Notes under the pieces: generated by a model
What the model saw: the letters and a program-made list of their open reading frames with translations, nothing else
What the model was told of the DNA's origin: nothing
The model's database searches: none
Part shown: positions 26,858-41,800 of the stretch, piece by piece
Layout of the letters: each line of letters opens with the position of its first letter
How positions within the stretch are numbered: position 1 is the stretch's first letter
Position numbers and translations under genes: made by a program
DNA from: Eledone cirrhosa
Taxonomy: Eukaryota
Length of the DNA stretch: 64,000 nucleotides
Assembly (NCBI GenBank): GCA_964016885.1
Contig: OZ024740.1
Location: forward strand, 320,416,001 to 320,480,000
Reading direction: 5' to 3'

Positions 26858-27049
26858 GGACCGAGGAAACAATGTTTCCATTGGTCTTTCCAATTGCTAA
26901 TACTATTTATCGGTCGCAAATTCAGGTAGAAGCAGTAACGTGAAATAAAGTGTCTTGCTCAAAGACAAAGCGCATCTCCCGGTCCGGGAATCGAACTCAC
27001 AACCTCACGATTGCGAATCCAATTGTCTAACCACTCAACCACGCGCCTT
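26858..27049 (-). mobile_element. tRNA-derived SINE (same family on the plus strand at 59630-59830)
   Basis: A and B boxes, a TGTCYTTGAGCAAGACACTT core, and the shared tail TAGCAATTGGAAAGACCAATGG. Confidence 0.8.
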
Positions 27050-27370
27050 CATATATATTTATGAACCCGTAAATCCCGGTGGAGTCGTAGGAGTCACCGT
27101 AGTGATATATGGTGTGTATTTGTCATTTTAAACTAGGTGGAACCCATCATCTCTCCACATCTGAACACACCGATTCAGAGAATAAGAGAGCGTGTGATAG
27201 AGAGGAAGTGAGTAAGAGATATAGAGGGAAAATCCTCTCCAGTACTGGAGTGGTATTTTATTTATCAGCCTCAAATGGATGGAAGACACGGTTGACCTCA
27301 GAGGGATTTGAACTCAAAGAGCAGAGAGCCGGAACGAATACCGCCAAGCATTCTATCCAAAGTTCTAATG

Positions 27371-27401
<31 letters not shown>

Positions 27402-27633
27402 CTTCTTCTTCTTCTTCTTCTTCACCCACCTATTCCTGAGAAGGGGGGGGGGGGGCAGAATCCTTCAGCTTGGAATAGCAAAGCCTAAATCCCAGCCACA
27501 ACGTGGACCCCAACAAGAGACAAAAATGACATTGGCTGGAGTACACGAACGTCACATCAATTTTATTTATATGTAGCACATTCATTCACACACACATTCA
27601 CTCACACACACACACAATAAGACACATACACAT

Positions 27634-27749
<116 letters not shown>

Positions 27750-28732
27750 GTGTACACGCATATGCACACGCACTCACTAATATGCACATATACACATACT
27801 CCCACATACACACACTCACGCACACTCATATACACACTCTCACATACTCACACACGTACACACGCACTCACCCATATGCACACATACACACGCACACACA
27901 CTCACACGCACACACACACACACATTCTCACACACACACACATTCTATCATTACTTCACATGTACAAACATAAGCGGACCCCAATAGAAAAGGACAACAC
28001 CAAATATCACCTGTTTTCCTTTTCTCGGACGCAAGTAAAGAGGGTTCTCATAGAAATGGGATTTCTTTTTCCAGGGACCGCAGTGTAATGTTGTAGTTGA
28101 AAAAGGGCTCATTAAAAAGTGAGTGGGCATAGTCTTTTCGGTGCTTAAGGTTTCTGAAGGTATTAATCCGGTCCTGAGTGCAGAGCCGGATTTAATGGGG
28201 GTAAAGGGGGAAATTTCTCCGGGCTCCCTGCAGTGGGGGGCCCCACCAGCGACGACGGCCGTAGCAATTTATTTGTACCCTCAGCTGGGCTTTTTAGTTT
28301 TAGGATGGTTAGAATTTTTAAATTTAATACCTGTTTGTATAACTTTTCAATTGTAATTACTTGCGCCAAGCTAACTTTGATATGTAAAATTGGGAAGGGG
28401 TTGGTGTGTATTCTTATTTTTTGTGCATGATGGCCCCTAAATTTGAAGTGCCCCGGGCTGCCCAAAGTCTAATCTAACCATACCTGAGTGGGTTTCAAAA
28501 GCCCCAGGGTTCCACGATAAAATTCTGGAATTCTACAAGATAAGAAATTATGGGTTTTTTTTAATTTGAATTAAATTCTCACTCTAGAACAAATTTTCTT
28601 TAATTTAATGTTTTATGAAAAGTTCAGAATGAGAGAAAGTATTGTCGGTAAAATATATTTATGGGTTTCACCAATTTTGGAAAGTTATATAAAAGGTTCA
28701 GTGACAAAATAAGTTTAGCAGCCACACCACCC

Positions 28733-28830
<98 letters not shown>

Positions 28831-30911
28831 CTCCTATTATTCTCTTCTCTACCTCACCTACTTTCTACTTCCTTAACTGTTTGTAATCACATCTATTTGC
28901 CACACTCCACGACATGTACTATACATACACTTTTGATGAGTTGTAGTGCACCTGAGCACTGTACACAATATTTTCATTATTATTATTATGTCAGTCTCTC
29001 TTTCACTGTTAAAGTGCTTATTCAACGACATTGAAACAAATCGATGATATTAAACAACGACAACAACGATGACAACGACGACGATAACAACGACAACAAC
29101 AACAACGTCAACAATATATTACTGATAATAACGATGACTAGTAAAATAGTAAGATAGATGGTATAAAGCGACAAACAAGTTTATCGAGGAAAGATGTGAA
29201 TCTTCGTGGAACAATGGAAACACGATAGTAAATCTAATATTCACTGGAGGGGAACATTTTGAAAGGTAATTATTTCAAGTTTCTATCAAGACATGAATTG
29301 TTACACAATGGTATATGTGACGTGTATGTATGTCTATACACCCCACCCACCAATTTACCCATTCGTTAGTAGACAGTAAGACACAAATACAGAATGTGGA
29401 CTAGATTTTTAAAAATTCATTTTTTCTAGGTCAAATCCTCCATAACTATATTAGGTAACTTCGTTTTTAACACTAAATAACATGGTTAGCATGTGGTTAG
29501 AATGTCTCAGGAAAGAATCACCAGATAGATTTTACGGGCAAAACCAACTGTCAAGAGAACCCGGGTTAGACCCCGAGCAAGATCGTTGGATAACATCCAT
29601 GAGCTTTGCTGGTCTCCCTTGAGGATCCAGCCAGATCAGTTGGAGACGGTTTCTTCTAACAGGACCCGCTGGAATGAACATCCATCTATTCATACATACA
29701 TACATTATGGCTGCCCCCTCGATATCGAGTATGGCCATTGCCTCGATATAACATTATTAATAATTATCAATTAATGCCATCGTGCAATGCCTGTGCGTGA
29801 AGATTTTTTATAAAATGAGGAAAGACTGTGCACTGAGCCAAACCCACTCTCTGAGCGACAGTAGCTATAACACGAAAAGAAGAAAACATCAACATCATCG
29901 GTAACTACCGAGCTGCAGGTTTTATGTCGGAGTTATCCCAGTTTCCTGAGTTGCCTTCTCCTAGAAGAATGCCCTGACAAAGGCTAGGGGTCCTTCACTT
30001 CCAGTAGTTAACCGCGCGATCGGGTATCCAGCCCGATTATTTCTATGTCCCCACGCATATACATAGACATGTATACATGTATATACATATATACATATAT
30101 ATATACATATGTATATAGAATTCACAAGAATCAAAGCTATGTTCAAAGCATTTATTCACTTACAATTGTTTCATCCAAACCTAGGCTTGGAGTTTTCGGA
30201 GCATTATTCAATGCTTGTTCATATAATTGTCCTCCTATCCAACGCAAGAGACATACAGATACATATATATATATTGATGTACAGTGGAGTGACATATATT
30301 ATACTATACTATTTTTGTATAGCAATTCAAATTTAAAATCAAAATTAAAATACATTCGGCAGATAACACAGATAATGCAAGAGGATAGTTCGATAATCAG
30401 ATCTAGTAGGTGGTGTATGCGTTAGTCATACATGGAGCATGCAAGTATGTCTCATTTATATACGAGTATTGTGTGTCAATGTGTTACATGTAATGCAAGC
30501 CCTTTAAGCGGATAGGCAAGAGTATTATGGTGGTTGTAGTGGGAGGGTATACCTCGCAAGATTATTGTATTTCTCGTGTTTATCATCTTTCTTCAGCAAC
30601 AACCAACTAACTTCACTTCACTACTAGGTTGACTTTAGTGCGATACTCTAATAGAAACCTGTTACTTCTACCATTCTGTTACATATGGAACACATGGAAA
30701 CCTAATATAATCCCTTCTTGCTGGCTTTTTCAACCTCTCTCTCTCTCACTCTCTATCTTCCAGAGTAAAACTTTCACCATTCTGTTCTCTGGAATCACGA
30801 GGTGGCTTGCGCCTGGGGTGTTCTGCAAACCAGACAGCGATCTCCCACAATGTCCGGATTAGAACATTGGGAGTAGTGATGGTAAAGATCGCTGATATCT
30901 ACGGCATCTGT

Positions 30912-30998
<87 letters not shown>

Positions 30999-31139
30999 CA
31001 GTCGATAAACGTTCCTTCCTTATCTGACGAATGTCTGCAAAACACGAAGTTTTAACATTTTTATGGCAAGGTAAAATAAATTGTTAGGACATTCCTGAAT
31101 ATATCACCTGTGCAACTAAAATATTTTGTAGGGATCAAA

Positions 31140-31264
31140 ATCTAGCACACAGACATGCATGCACGTGCGCACATATATAGAGAGAGACACACATAGACAC
31201 ACATGCGCGCGCACGCTCACACACGCACACTCACGTGCACATATATATATATAGACACACGCGT

Positions 31265-31299
<35 letters not shown>

Positions 31300-31397
31300 G
31301 ACAAACACACACTCACACATACACACACATACACACACACACACACAAACAAACAAACAAACACACACACACACACAAACACATACTCACACACACA

Positions 31398-31455
<58 letters not shown>

Positions 31456-32169
31456 TACACACTCAAACACACACAAACACACAAACACAAACACACACAC
31501 AAACACAAACACACACAAACACATATACTGGCACACACACACACACAAACACACACACGCACACACATACACAAACACACATATACGCACACACAAACAC
31601 ACAAACACATACTCACACACACAAACAAACACATACACATACACACACAAACACACAAACACAAACACACACATACATACACACACAAATACACACACAC
31701 ACAAACACATACTCACACACACAAACAAACACACACACAAACACAAACACACACAAAACACACACACACAAACACACACAAACAGGCATACAGGCATACA
31801 CATAATCACACACACATACATGCACACACACAATCACACAGACACACACGCACACATACACAAACTCACACAAACACAGACACACACAGACACACAAACA
31901 TACTCACACACACAAACACACAAATACACACACACAAACACACAAACACACACAAACACACAGACACGCACACACACACACATACACGCACACACAAACA
32001 CACACAAACACACACACGCACACACATACACAAACACACACACACATACACACAAACACACACTCACACACACAAACAAACACACACACACAAACAAACA
32101 CACGCACACACACACACAAACACATAGACACACACAAACAAACACACATACACAAACACACACAAACAA

Positions 32170-32215
<46 letters not shown>
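31140..32215. repeat. Degenerate CA/CAAA low-complexity tract
   Basis: Direct reading of the sequence. Confidence 0.95.
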
Positions 32216-32218
<3 letters not shown>

Positions 32219-33314
32219 TCTCACAGGGTATATGAATGAGGTTGTCTCCAATAGCCACTGAAACTACACAAATATTCTGAGCCTCATATTCTCGTGTTTT
32301 TCCACTGTCATATGATCTATTTAAGTTTTTTGTGATGTAGTTCGTAATATTAGATACTTCGTGATATTAGATACTTGAGTAATTTCACAAACATACTATT
32401 TTCTTTTTATTAATAATATGCTGATATGAAATCTATTGAAACCCTTTGAGGCATGACTAACATATAATACGGAAAATGTAGCACCATTGATTGCTATGCC
32501 AAATGACATAACATTCAAAAGAAGGGGGATGTGGTCATGACCTTTGTATGTCCTCTGAGACTAATGACATTGATGCGCTTCATGTCTAGTTTAAACATCG
32601 ATATCTAGGTCGACATATATAGGGAAAAGATGAGCGAAAAGGGAATTTCAGAGGATTGGCATTCTGGAAAGGAACTATTGAATGCGGTGCCCGAGCACGG
32701 TGACACGGTACGCATTACGAGAGTAGGAAAAACGTGCGTCATATGAACCTGGATGGAGGTAGTATGTAGCTAGCTAATACAGTGGAGCAGAGACCATTGT
32801 AGTTGGCAAGAGAATAGGCAGAGTGGGAAGGTAGTACGTCTGTAAACCTGAAGCTATAATGTGTTGGGGAGTGAGTCTTCGACCTCGTAAATGTTACAGT
32901 TAAAATTGTTTAAATTACTAAAAGATTTGTCAAAATCAGTTGGGTGCAGAATAAATTCTAACCACATGCCCATAGTATTGGAGCTGTGATCTCTCAATTC
33001 AGAAGAGTAGTGGCTCTACCTGGAGTGACTCTCTGATCTCCAAGCTACGCACTCTATCGAGTAACATTACACCAAAGACCTTCGGAGGAACCCTATTTCG
33101 CTCGCTTGTAATGGCCATCGTATTCTTACGGTCATTACCCAAGATGCATGACCATAGGTAAGGGTTGGCACGAAAACCGAATTGAAGATAGCTAGTTTGG
33201 TTTTTACGCCTCCCTTCTTCTAATAACTGAATGGTGAAGCTGGCGCATTGCTGCACCAGCTCCTGCAATTCTTGCACTCCTGCACTCTATCACTCATGAA
33301 CACGGCCCCGAGAT

Positions 33315-34787
33315 AAACTGATTTTGGTATTTAGTTGCGTCTCTTTACTTTCAAATAATGTGTCAAATTTGTTTTTTTATGGATGGACAAAAAATAAACA
33401 GCTAAATACTGCAGTTGATTAATTGTTATTGTTTCATCCCCACAAGATATGTGATCTTAATGTTAGAAATCATCTATAATATTATTGAGAGTGCAGTAAG
33501 TAATAGAATTAATAGTCTTGAATAAGTATGTTTAGATAACCTTCCAATATCAAGAAGTTTTAAAGCCACGAAGCACGAAGATCACAGAACATTCAACATA
33601 TTCTACTGTTCCATAAGTTACTATTTTCTAATGTTTCTCCTTCAAATGTATGTGCCATATTATCAATACGTCGCATTATTGTACTGTTTGAAAGTGGAAC
33701 ATTTTCAATTTCTTGTACTGCATTTTGTCCAAGCATTTTACCGACTATAATTTTACAAGCTGGCAATATTAGGTTCTCACCAACTGTATGACTTTTCCTT
33801 TTCTGTGCAATAATTTCTGCTACCAAATAACTTGCTTCAAGAGCCTTTTCACTTACACTAACTTTACTCAAAAAAGCTGTACTCTGTTTTTTTTTCTGAG
33901 ATTCCAACAGCCTTTTAAAATAATCTGCACTTTTATTTTTCATATGACTGTGATTTGTTGTGAAGTGTCTTTTCAGTTTAGCTGGAGCCATTGCTGCATT
34001 TGAAAGTCGTTTGTCACAGACGACACACAATGGAATAGGACAGCTTGGGTCACCGGTTCATGTGAAGCCCATTCATAAATAACTTTCATCGTAAAGAAGG
34101 ATCTTCTTTCTGCCCGTTGTTGAACTACTAGTGCAGTGGAATTGGTCAGGAGCCTGTGGCTCTTCATCACTAATCTCATGAGTTTGTGGTTCTTCATCAC
34201 TAACCTCATCAGAATTTTCGGAACGTTTCCTCTTCAAAAATCGCCACATTGGGTGATTAGGTATTTCTGTAAAAATGCAATAAAATGCAATAAAAAAGCG
34301 TGCTTAAATTTTTACAATTAATAAAATATCCCTGAATGCTGGAAAAGAAATTTACTGAATATTGTGGGCGAATGAGGGACTGTACCTGTACGCCAGGAGC
34401 CACAGAGACGACTGATGTAGACTGTGCATGCGTCTTGTACTGAATGAGTCACTTGATACATGAATCAGTCACGTACAGGTCCCGTCCGCTGAGTGGGCAC
34501 TGACTATGATAGTGAAGGCGGTTTCACACTGGCGCCGTACAGACATCACTAAATATATTCTCAATGATTGTTATATTTTTTAATAACATAATAGGTTAGA
34601 TAGGATGATGTCTATATTACAATATTACAATAGCCAAGAATATATTGTGCGTATTTGGTAATATTACGTATATGAAATTAAATAAAAAGTCAAAAGTGCA
34701 TTAGCTTATCTCACTTGTTCTCGCGGAACCCTTAGGGACCTTTTGCAGAACCTTAGGGTTCCGAGGAACCCCGGTTGAGAAACGCTG
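33315..34787 (-). mobile_element. hAT Charlie/Buster transposon left part with truncated transposase
   Basis: ORF 33593-34030 gives CVVC..LSNAAMAPAKLKRHFTTNH..ALEASYLVA..KSHTVGENLILPA..VPLSNSTIMRRI. The TIR CAGCGTTTCTCAACC begins at 34787, flanked by TTCTAGAA (the Charlie NTCTAGAN target). Confidence 0.9.
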
Positions 34788-34950
34788 TTCTAGAAGTTAA
34801 GCTGTTTGTGTTGCGTTTTGTGTCAAAAGTAGAGCGAAGTACTGAGATATTGTCGCGTGGCAACTACTGCGCATCACAATTGAATATCTTTGTTTCTGTA
34901 TATATGGGTTAACTTCTTCCAAATGTTAATGTTTCAAATGTGTATGTATG

Positions 34951-35016
<66 letters not shown>

Positions 35017-35570
35017 TAAAGTTAGTCCTTCATCAGTGATCTTCCAACCATCATTGGTATTTCATCGCTTTAAAGACCATATACCTCCGGTTGGTGCGAG
35101 CAACGGCTAAAAAAAGTCGTTGGGACACGTAAATAAAGGGGACACGAGAGTGTAAACAAACAAAGATGGTGAAGCAACGAAAAGTGAGGAAGAAGGAGTC
35201 AAGTCCCAAATTTCCATGAATATAAGTTCGGTGAAATCGTGAACGAGAGAGAATAAAGACCATCAAACCTGGTTGGAATGTGAGCAAGGAAGGAATTCCG
35301 TACAGGTCTAACGGGAGGAAGAAGGAATCTAGTCTGTGAATTCGGTGAACATAAGTTCTGTGAAATCGTAGACGAGAGAGAGAAAAAAAAGCGAACCTGC
35401 CTGACCAATGGTGCGAAAGAAAAGAATTACGCACAGGTCAAACGGGAAGAAGGAGGAGGAGGAGAGGTAGTAACAGAGAGTGAGTGAGTGAAGGGTGAGG
35501 AAGAGGCTAACAGAGAGAGTGACTGTTAGATGATATTAATAAATGTAGACTATATTTATAAAACCATATT

Positions 35571-35635
35571 TATTCTATTATATATATTTCAAGGGTACCA
35601 AAACTTATTTTGGTACGCTCTCATCAGATAAAATG
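35571..35635 (-). ncRNA. Hammerhead ribozyme, family F2
   Basis: CATTTTAT-CTGATGA-GAGCGTACCAAAA..TTTTGGTACCCTT-GAAA-TATATATA-ATAGAATA. The stem II loop differs from 15218 while the stem is kept. Confidence 0.8.
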
Positions 35636-35720
35636 CAAAGTTTGTTTTATAAATATTGACATATCCAGGAACGAGATCTTAACGGTTCAAGTTTTTCCTG
35701 GATAGTAACATATCCCTTTG

Positions 35721-35772
<52 letters not shown>

Positions 35773-36309
35773 AGTGAAATGACCGGAGGCCAAATATGTT
35801 GAATTTCCTTAGTTTTTTATTACTATAAACACTATACACATTTCAGTGTACTGGTTACGTAAGAACCTGGTGTCCTCATCAGGTGTAAATTGCGTAATAG
35901 ATATATACCAACGGAATGATGGTAAGCTTTAAGGAAACAAACAAAGAAAAACAAATAGGAAAAAGTGTGTGCTGTGTTTTGACCCAGAGATGGACGTAGT
36001 AGTATGTTGCCACACTGCTCGCCCACCTCTGGCAACATACTACTACTATTTTAACAGCCCTGGACCAATGAAAGGAAATCTTGACCAGAACATAAAGGGA
36101 CGTAATTTAATGCCGCCCAATAGTTTTTTCAGCGCTCTAACGATTCTGCCAATCCACCGCCCTTGCAACTGTTAATAAAGATAAAGGAAAAAACTATTTT
36201 TAAGAGATGAAATAAGAACGTAAAACATTTTATGAATGGAATTACATTTATGAATACATCAGCAGATACAAGCACACATGCGGATATATAGGTCATTGTT
36301 AGCGACGTG

Positions 36310-36625
36310 GAAAAATGTCCTGCTGGCAATATTTCTATGACATCAATTTTTTTGTGAATGGCAGTTGACTGCGAAATTTTAGCAAAAATGTTATGCAAAA
36401 ATTATAAAAATGTTTATCCCCTTCATATGCTGCAGCTCTAGAAAAAATAATCCATTTAAAATTATATGACAATGGATTTTCTTTTAACGCCCAAATGTAT
36501 GTAGCCAGAGAAATGCATTCATTTCTGTTACGATTTCCAAAGAAATTCGAGTGCGGATAGAATCTTGATTTAAATAGATTTGAAGTCATAGTGACTACTA
36601 AACATTGGAACACGATATCCATCGC
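36310..36625 (-). pseudogene. PLE GIY-YIG endonuclease relic
   Basis: ORF 36335-36628 gives IVFQCLV..FKSRFYPHSNFF..SLATYIWALKENPLSYNFKWIIFSRAAAY. Confidence 0.72.
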
Positions 36626-36892
36626 CATAAAGTTAGAACCCAGATGGTTGTATCAGTCACTCAAGACGGTTTGTTGTTATTCACTCGTTTTGTTATCTTT
36701 ATTGGGTTTAAAGACGTTACGATGTACGTGTAGTGTGATATAATACAATACAGATTCGTTCGCATTTTCGGGTGCACATGTGTATAATCATGTACACGTG
36801 TGTACATATATGTACACATGCATGGAAATGTATACACATACACGCATACATGCCTATACATACATATGTATGTATGTGTGCGTATATATATT

Positions 36893-37345
36893 GTCAGGTC
36901 ACCAGTTGGTGCTACTGGTAACATGTATCCCAGTACAACCTGTCCCATGGTCGGGTCGTTGGCGACTAAACTGGCAACCCCACCAAGGTTTCTTGGTGAG
37001 GAGGGTGACTTTGGACATCCTGCAGGACTAAAAACAAAACCTGTCAAAGGGCAAAGGAGCTCTTAAGAGTCAATGGCCATCCAAAATCACCGGGAGAGAT
37101 GACCCCTTAGCCTTTGTCAAGGCAGAATTCTAGGAGAAGGAAAACTCTGATATAACACCTGCAACCCTGATGGTATCCGATGATGTTGACTTGTTCTTCT
37201 TTTTGGTAAATATCATCTTGGTTAAGAGAGTGGGGTTGGCTTTGTGCAGTGCCTTTGCTCACTATAAAAGCTTCACGGCACAGGCATTGCTTTATATCTG
37301 GAGATTGCTCTGCACTTGTCATCACATGGTACCATGAGCGCAGCA
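36893..37345 (+). mobile_element. Interspersed repeat, probably RTE 5'-UTR-derived (near-identical copy 63552-64000, partial inverted copy 55665-55860)
   Basis: High copy-to-copy identity. Contains CTAGGAGAAGGAAAACTCTGAT, a motif I recall from RTE 5' regions, with related motifs at about 29950 and 55310. Confidence 0.7.
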
Positions 37346-37598
37346 CTATGTGTCAATAATTGTCACAAGTGTAGTGTTTGTACCAGAGTTTTCAAGTCGC
37401 TGGCTGGACTAAAAAGTCACACTTGTTCAGCGCATCAGTAGGGGTTCTCCTACATGGATATAAAGTAGTGGCCGTACTCGAAAACGAGTTGGCAACCACC
37501 ATATATATATATATATATCGTTCAATATTCAAAGAGCGCAAAGTCAGCTATATAATGTTGACCTATGAAGTAAGACAAAGTTTAGTAGTTAATTAATC

Positions 37599-37719
37599 CA
37601 TTGTTTTACGATCGTTTCAGAGGGTAAAAAGTAAAAACTTTTATCGGTGTGTCAACTAATTGATGACAGTTAGGCAGCTATTGACAAAATACATCGACCG
37701 CCCATCCTCAGAAACAATG
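37599..37719 (-). ncRNA. Hammerhead ribozyme with extended stem II
   Basis: CATTGTTT-CTGAGGA-[about 86 nt]-GAAAC-GATC-GTA-AAACAATG. Confidence 0.8.
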
Positions 37720-37787
37720 CTTTTGGAATTTTGGGAAGGGGAAGAGGGGTTAGCCAAATAAAGAACGAAGAGTAAACATTAAAATAA

Positions 37788-37979
37788 AATAATTGTTTCT
37801 ACTTTAGGCACAAGGCCAGTAATTACCCAGTGCATTACTGGTACTTTTATTTTATCGACCCCGTAAGGATGAAAGGCAAAGTCAACCTCGGCGGGATTTG
37901 AACTCAGATCGTAAAGGGACGTAACTATGCTGGAAAGCATGGCGTCCGACCCTCTACCGATACTGCCAATCAACCGCCC
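37788..37979 (-). mobile_element. Major tRNA-derived SINE (octopus-like). Other copies: 38378-38509, 42565-42754, 58496-58625, 59068-59280, 59284-59478, 59955-60078. Relics at 25720-25858, 27238-27370, 61415-61462
   Basis: A box TGGCAGTATCGG, B box GAGTTCAAATCC, body CTTTGCCTTTCATCCTTACGGGGTCGATAAAAT, tail CCTTGTGCCTAAAGTAGAAACAATTATT. Confidence 0.9.
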
Positions 37980-38089
37980 TAAAAATAAAATAATAATAAA
38001 TAATAACAAACAAATAAACAGATTATATATAAATGAATACAACACATACATACAGACACACACAAACACACACACACACACATACACAT

Positions 38090-38218
<129 letters not shown>

Positions 38219-38530
38219 AATGACTTCTACAGGACTAGAACTGTTTCATTCGAAGGAAATTAAATATTTATACTCTGCTATGTATTGAGTACCTTACTTA
38301 CTGTGTGGTTATCCTCGATTGAACCCGGGATTTACATGTATATGCATATATATATATAATAATAATAATAATATATATAATTGTTTCTACTTTAGGCACA
38401 AGGCCAGCAAATACCCAGTGCATTACTGGTACTTTATTTTATCGACCCCGTAAGGATGAAAGGCAAAGTCAACCTCGGCGGGATTTGAACTCAGATCGTA
38501 AAGGGACGTTCTATAGAGGATTAGTGGATA

Positions 38531-38621
<91 letters not shown>

Positions 38622-38863
38622 TTTCTTTATTAACCACAAGGGTTTACATAAAGTAGACATTAAGGACAGTGCAGGACAATACAGGACGGTACAAATGGGC
38701 ATTTCTGCGTGTAAAAAAAACAGAGGATGTAATAAAATAACAAAGAAAAATTCCCCAATAGAGGGGAGACTTCCTAGGGACATTTGTGGAGAAAGCCCAT
38801 TAAAAGACCACAGTGATCCTGACCACCAGGGCAAGTGCCCTCTCCCAGTTTTCCACCTTTAAT

Positions 38864-41800
38864 TTACAGACACATACTCAGAGTAGGCCCATTCACTCGG
38901 GCCATACTTGCTTCTCTCACCCATCTTTCAACAAAATGCTGGGAAGAGAGCACTTCCCTCTCTATCCTGATTTTCCTTTTCAAATGAAATTTGAAAAAGT
39001 TAATCAGGGCATCACCGAAGAGGTAAGTGCTCATCTTCAGCCCTTTCAAACGTGTCCACCATACTATCTCTTTCGCCATGGCCACCAGACAGATAAAAAC
39101 TGCCTGCCCTTCCCGGCTAAAGGAAGAGGGCGGGGCAATCCTCACGATGGACTCAGCTGGTAGCTGGATCCGTCCTACACGTGACAGCAGGTGTTCGACA
39201 TAAACCCACAAGTCAGCAATGCTCGGACACTGGACGAGTGCGTGCAGGACGGTTTCGTCGCCCTGCGCGCATCTCGGACATGCCCGGCTGACGGCACCTC
39301 CATGCCTGTAGAGTTTATCCCGAACTGGAAAAGCTCCCCGGTAGCACTGCCAGGCCAGGGATTTCTGGAAGTTGTCCATAGGCCCCGGCCCAAAAGTCCG
39401 TCCGAAGAGATTGGCTAGTTGATTTTCGTCGACGCCTAGAGTTTCTCCAAGTACGTCGTCGCTCTTCCCCTCCACTAATCCTCTATAGAACGCCAAGGTG
39501 GAGTTTCCACCGATCACATTGCCCGATTGGTCGAGGGCTGTGAGCGCCTGAAGACATTCCAGTCTCCAAGCACTCCCTCTCGGTCTTCGCTTGACCCAGG
39601 ACTGCAACTCCGTCAAGGAGACGAGCTGGGGAAAGACGTGTCTAGCAAACGGCGACCACACCTGATCACCCTCGAGGAAAAGGTGGAGATGTCGTAGCCT
39701 GAGCGCGTGTCTGCGCATCATCAGCCACGGCATGCCCAGCCCTCCACGTAGCGGGTGTTGACAGCAGATGGACCGCCTGACCATCGGAGCGCATCCCTTC
39801 CACAAAAAGCGAAAGAGAAAACGCTCCAGCGCAGTCAGGCGAGGTTTAGGACAAGGTACGACGGTCAGGCGGTAGTAGATGACGGACGCGATGTACGCGT
39901 TAGCCACCTCCTCTCGGGCCATTTCTGGGTGAGAGAAGCCACCCTGCTCGTCACCTCGTCCCAGTTTTTGTCCGTCTGGAGATCCGGACCGAACCAGACC
40001 CCTAGCAATTTAACCGGTACGTCCGTCCAGCGCCCGACGACGCTGTTGGACGGCATGGACCTGCCTCTCCAGGTGCCGAGCTGCAGGCCCACTGACTTTT
40101 CCTGGTTGATCATTGCTCCTGTCACCGCTTCGTATTCTCTTAGTGTAATGCCGATCGCCTCGATGTGTTTGGAGTTCGACACCACTACGGTGACATCGTC
40201 CGCATATGCTGACACGGATCTTCCGCATCCTAGTTCGCGCGGGACCCCCTTCAACGTCTCTAGTTTGTGCAGTAATGGCTCGAGAGTCAATACGTACAAA
40301 AGGGACGAGAGGGGACATCCTTGGCAGACCGAGCGCATGATGTTTGAACGGTTCCGAAAGGTGACCGTTCACTCTCACCACAGAGCAGATGTCGCTGTGC
40401 ATGGCAGCGATCCAGCCTCTGAATACAGGCCCAAAGCCAGCCGCCCTCAGGACTGCCGCTAGGTAACGATGGTCGACCCTATCGAAAGCTTTCGACTGAT
40501 CTAAATTTATCAAAGACCCACCCGTGCCAGGTTCCCTAGCTACCCTCTCTACGATGTATCGCATGAGGTGGAGGTTGTCGTGGATGGATCTGTCGGCAAT
40601 GGCGCATGTCTGCGCCTCTCCCACCAGACCACCAACGACAAGCGCCAACCTCTTTGCTAGCACCTTGGCCAAAATCTTGAACTCTGTGTTTAGCAGAGTT
40701 ATGGGCCTAAAATTATCCCCCTTGTTCGGATCCTTTCTCAGCAGCGCCACCGCTCCTCGGCTCACAGAGCTGGGAATTCTCCCGTTCTGTTGCCACTTGC
40801 AGTAGACGTCCGCCAAGAGGCCTCCGAACAAGTCTGGCATTTGTACGTAAAGTTCATAGGGCAGACCATCCAAACCAGGCGATTTACCCCTTGTGCAGCC
40901 AGTCATTGCCTCCCGTACTTCAGCGGCTGTTATCGGCTTTTCGCAACACTCCGCCTCAGTGGCCGAGAGCCGCGGCAGTCCGTCGAGGTAGACACTAAAG
41001 TCCATCCCTTGATCCGGCCCGCCGCTGCCCCCGAACAGTTGAGCGAAGTGTCGCTGAAAAGCTTCACACATTTTCCCGGGATCAAGTAGCATGCGCCCGT
41101 CGTGGTCCACCAAAGACCGGATCGTGGCTTTGTTGCCACGACGCGCCTCCGCCACTCGGGCCCATTGAACGGCTTTCGTCCCCTCGTGTCTGAGAGCGCG
41201 CACCCTAGCTCTGACAACGCAGCCTTCGTGCTTTGCATTGAAGAATTGGTCAAGGGCCAAATTCGCTGCAAGTACGTCGGTCGCGATGCCTTTGCAAAGC
41301 GCCTCGTCTAATTTTCTAACTAGTTCTTCCTCTGCTCTATTTTTCTCTATTGCTAAAGCCTTACTAAACCTAATGGACTCTATTCTAATTGCTCTTTTCA
41401 GAGCAAACCACCACTTGTTGTTGACGATGGCCCCCATCAACACCCGCTTAACTAGTTCGCTAATCCGGTCTCTGTAGGCCTTGCGCGCTGGTAAGGACGC
41501 GTTTAGCTTCCAGTAGCCGGGTCCTCGTCTATGAAGCCTATCTAAGTCAAGCACACAGATCACGAATTTGTGGTCCGTGTAGCTGACTATCTTGAATTGT
41601 GGACAGCCTATGCTAGACCTATCTATTTCCCTACAAAATACTCTATCTAGATATGATCTGGATGACCCTATGCGATTTGTCCAAGTCCACATTGGCACAT
41701 TCGGGAAATCCAATCGGTACCTGTCAGACAGTTCAAAACGCCTGAGCAGGTTGGTGAGACTCTTGCACCCTCCTCCCCTATCCGCTAATCCCACACAGTC

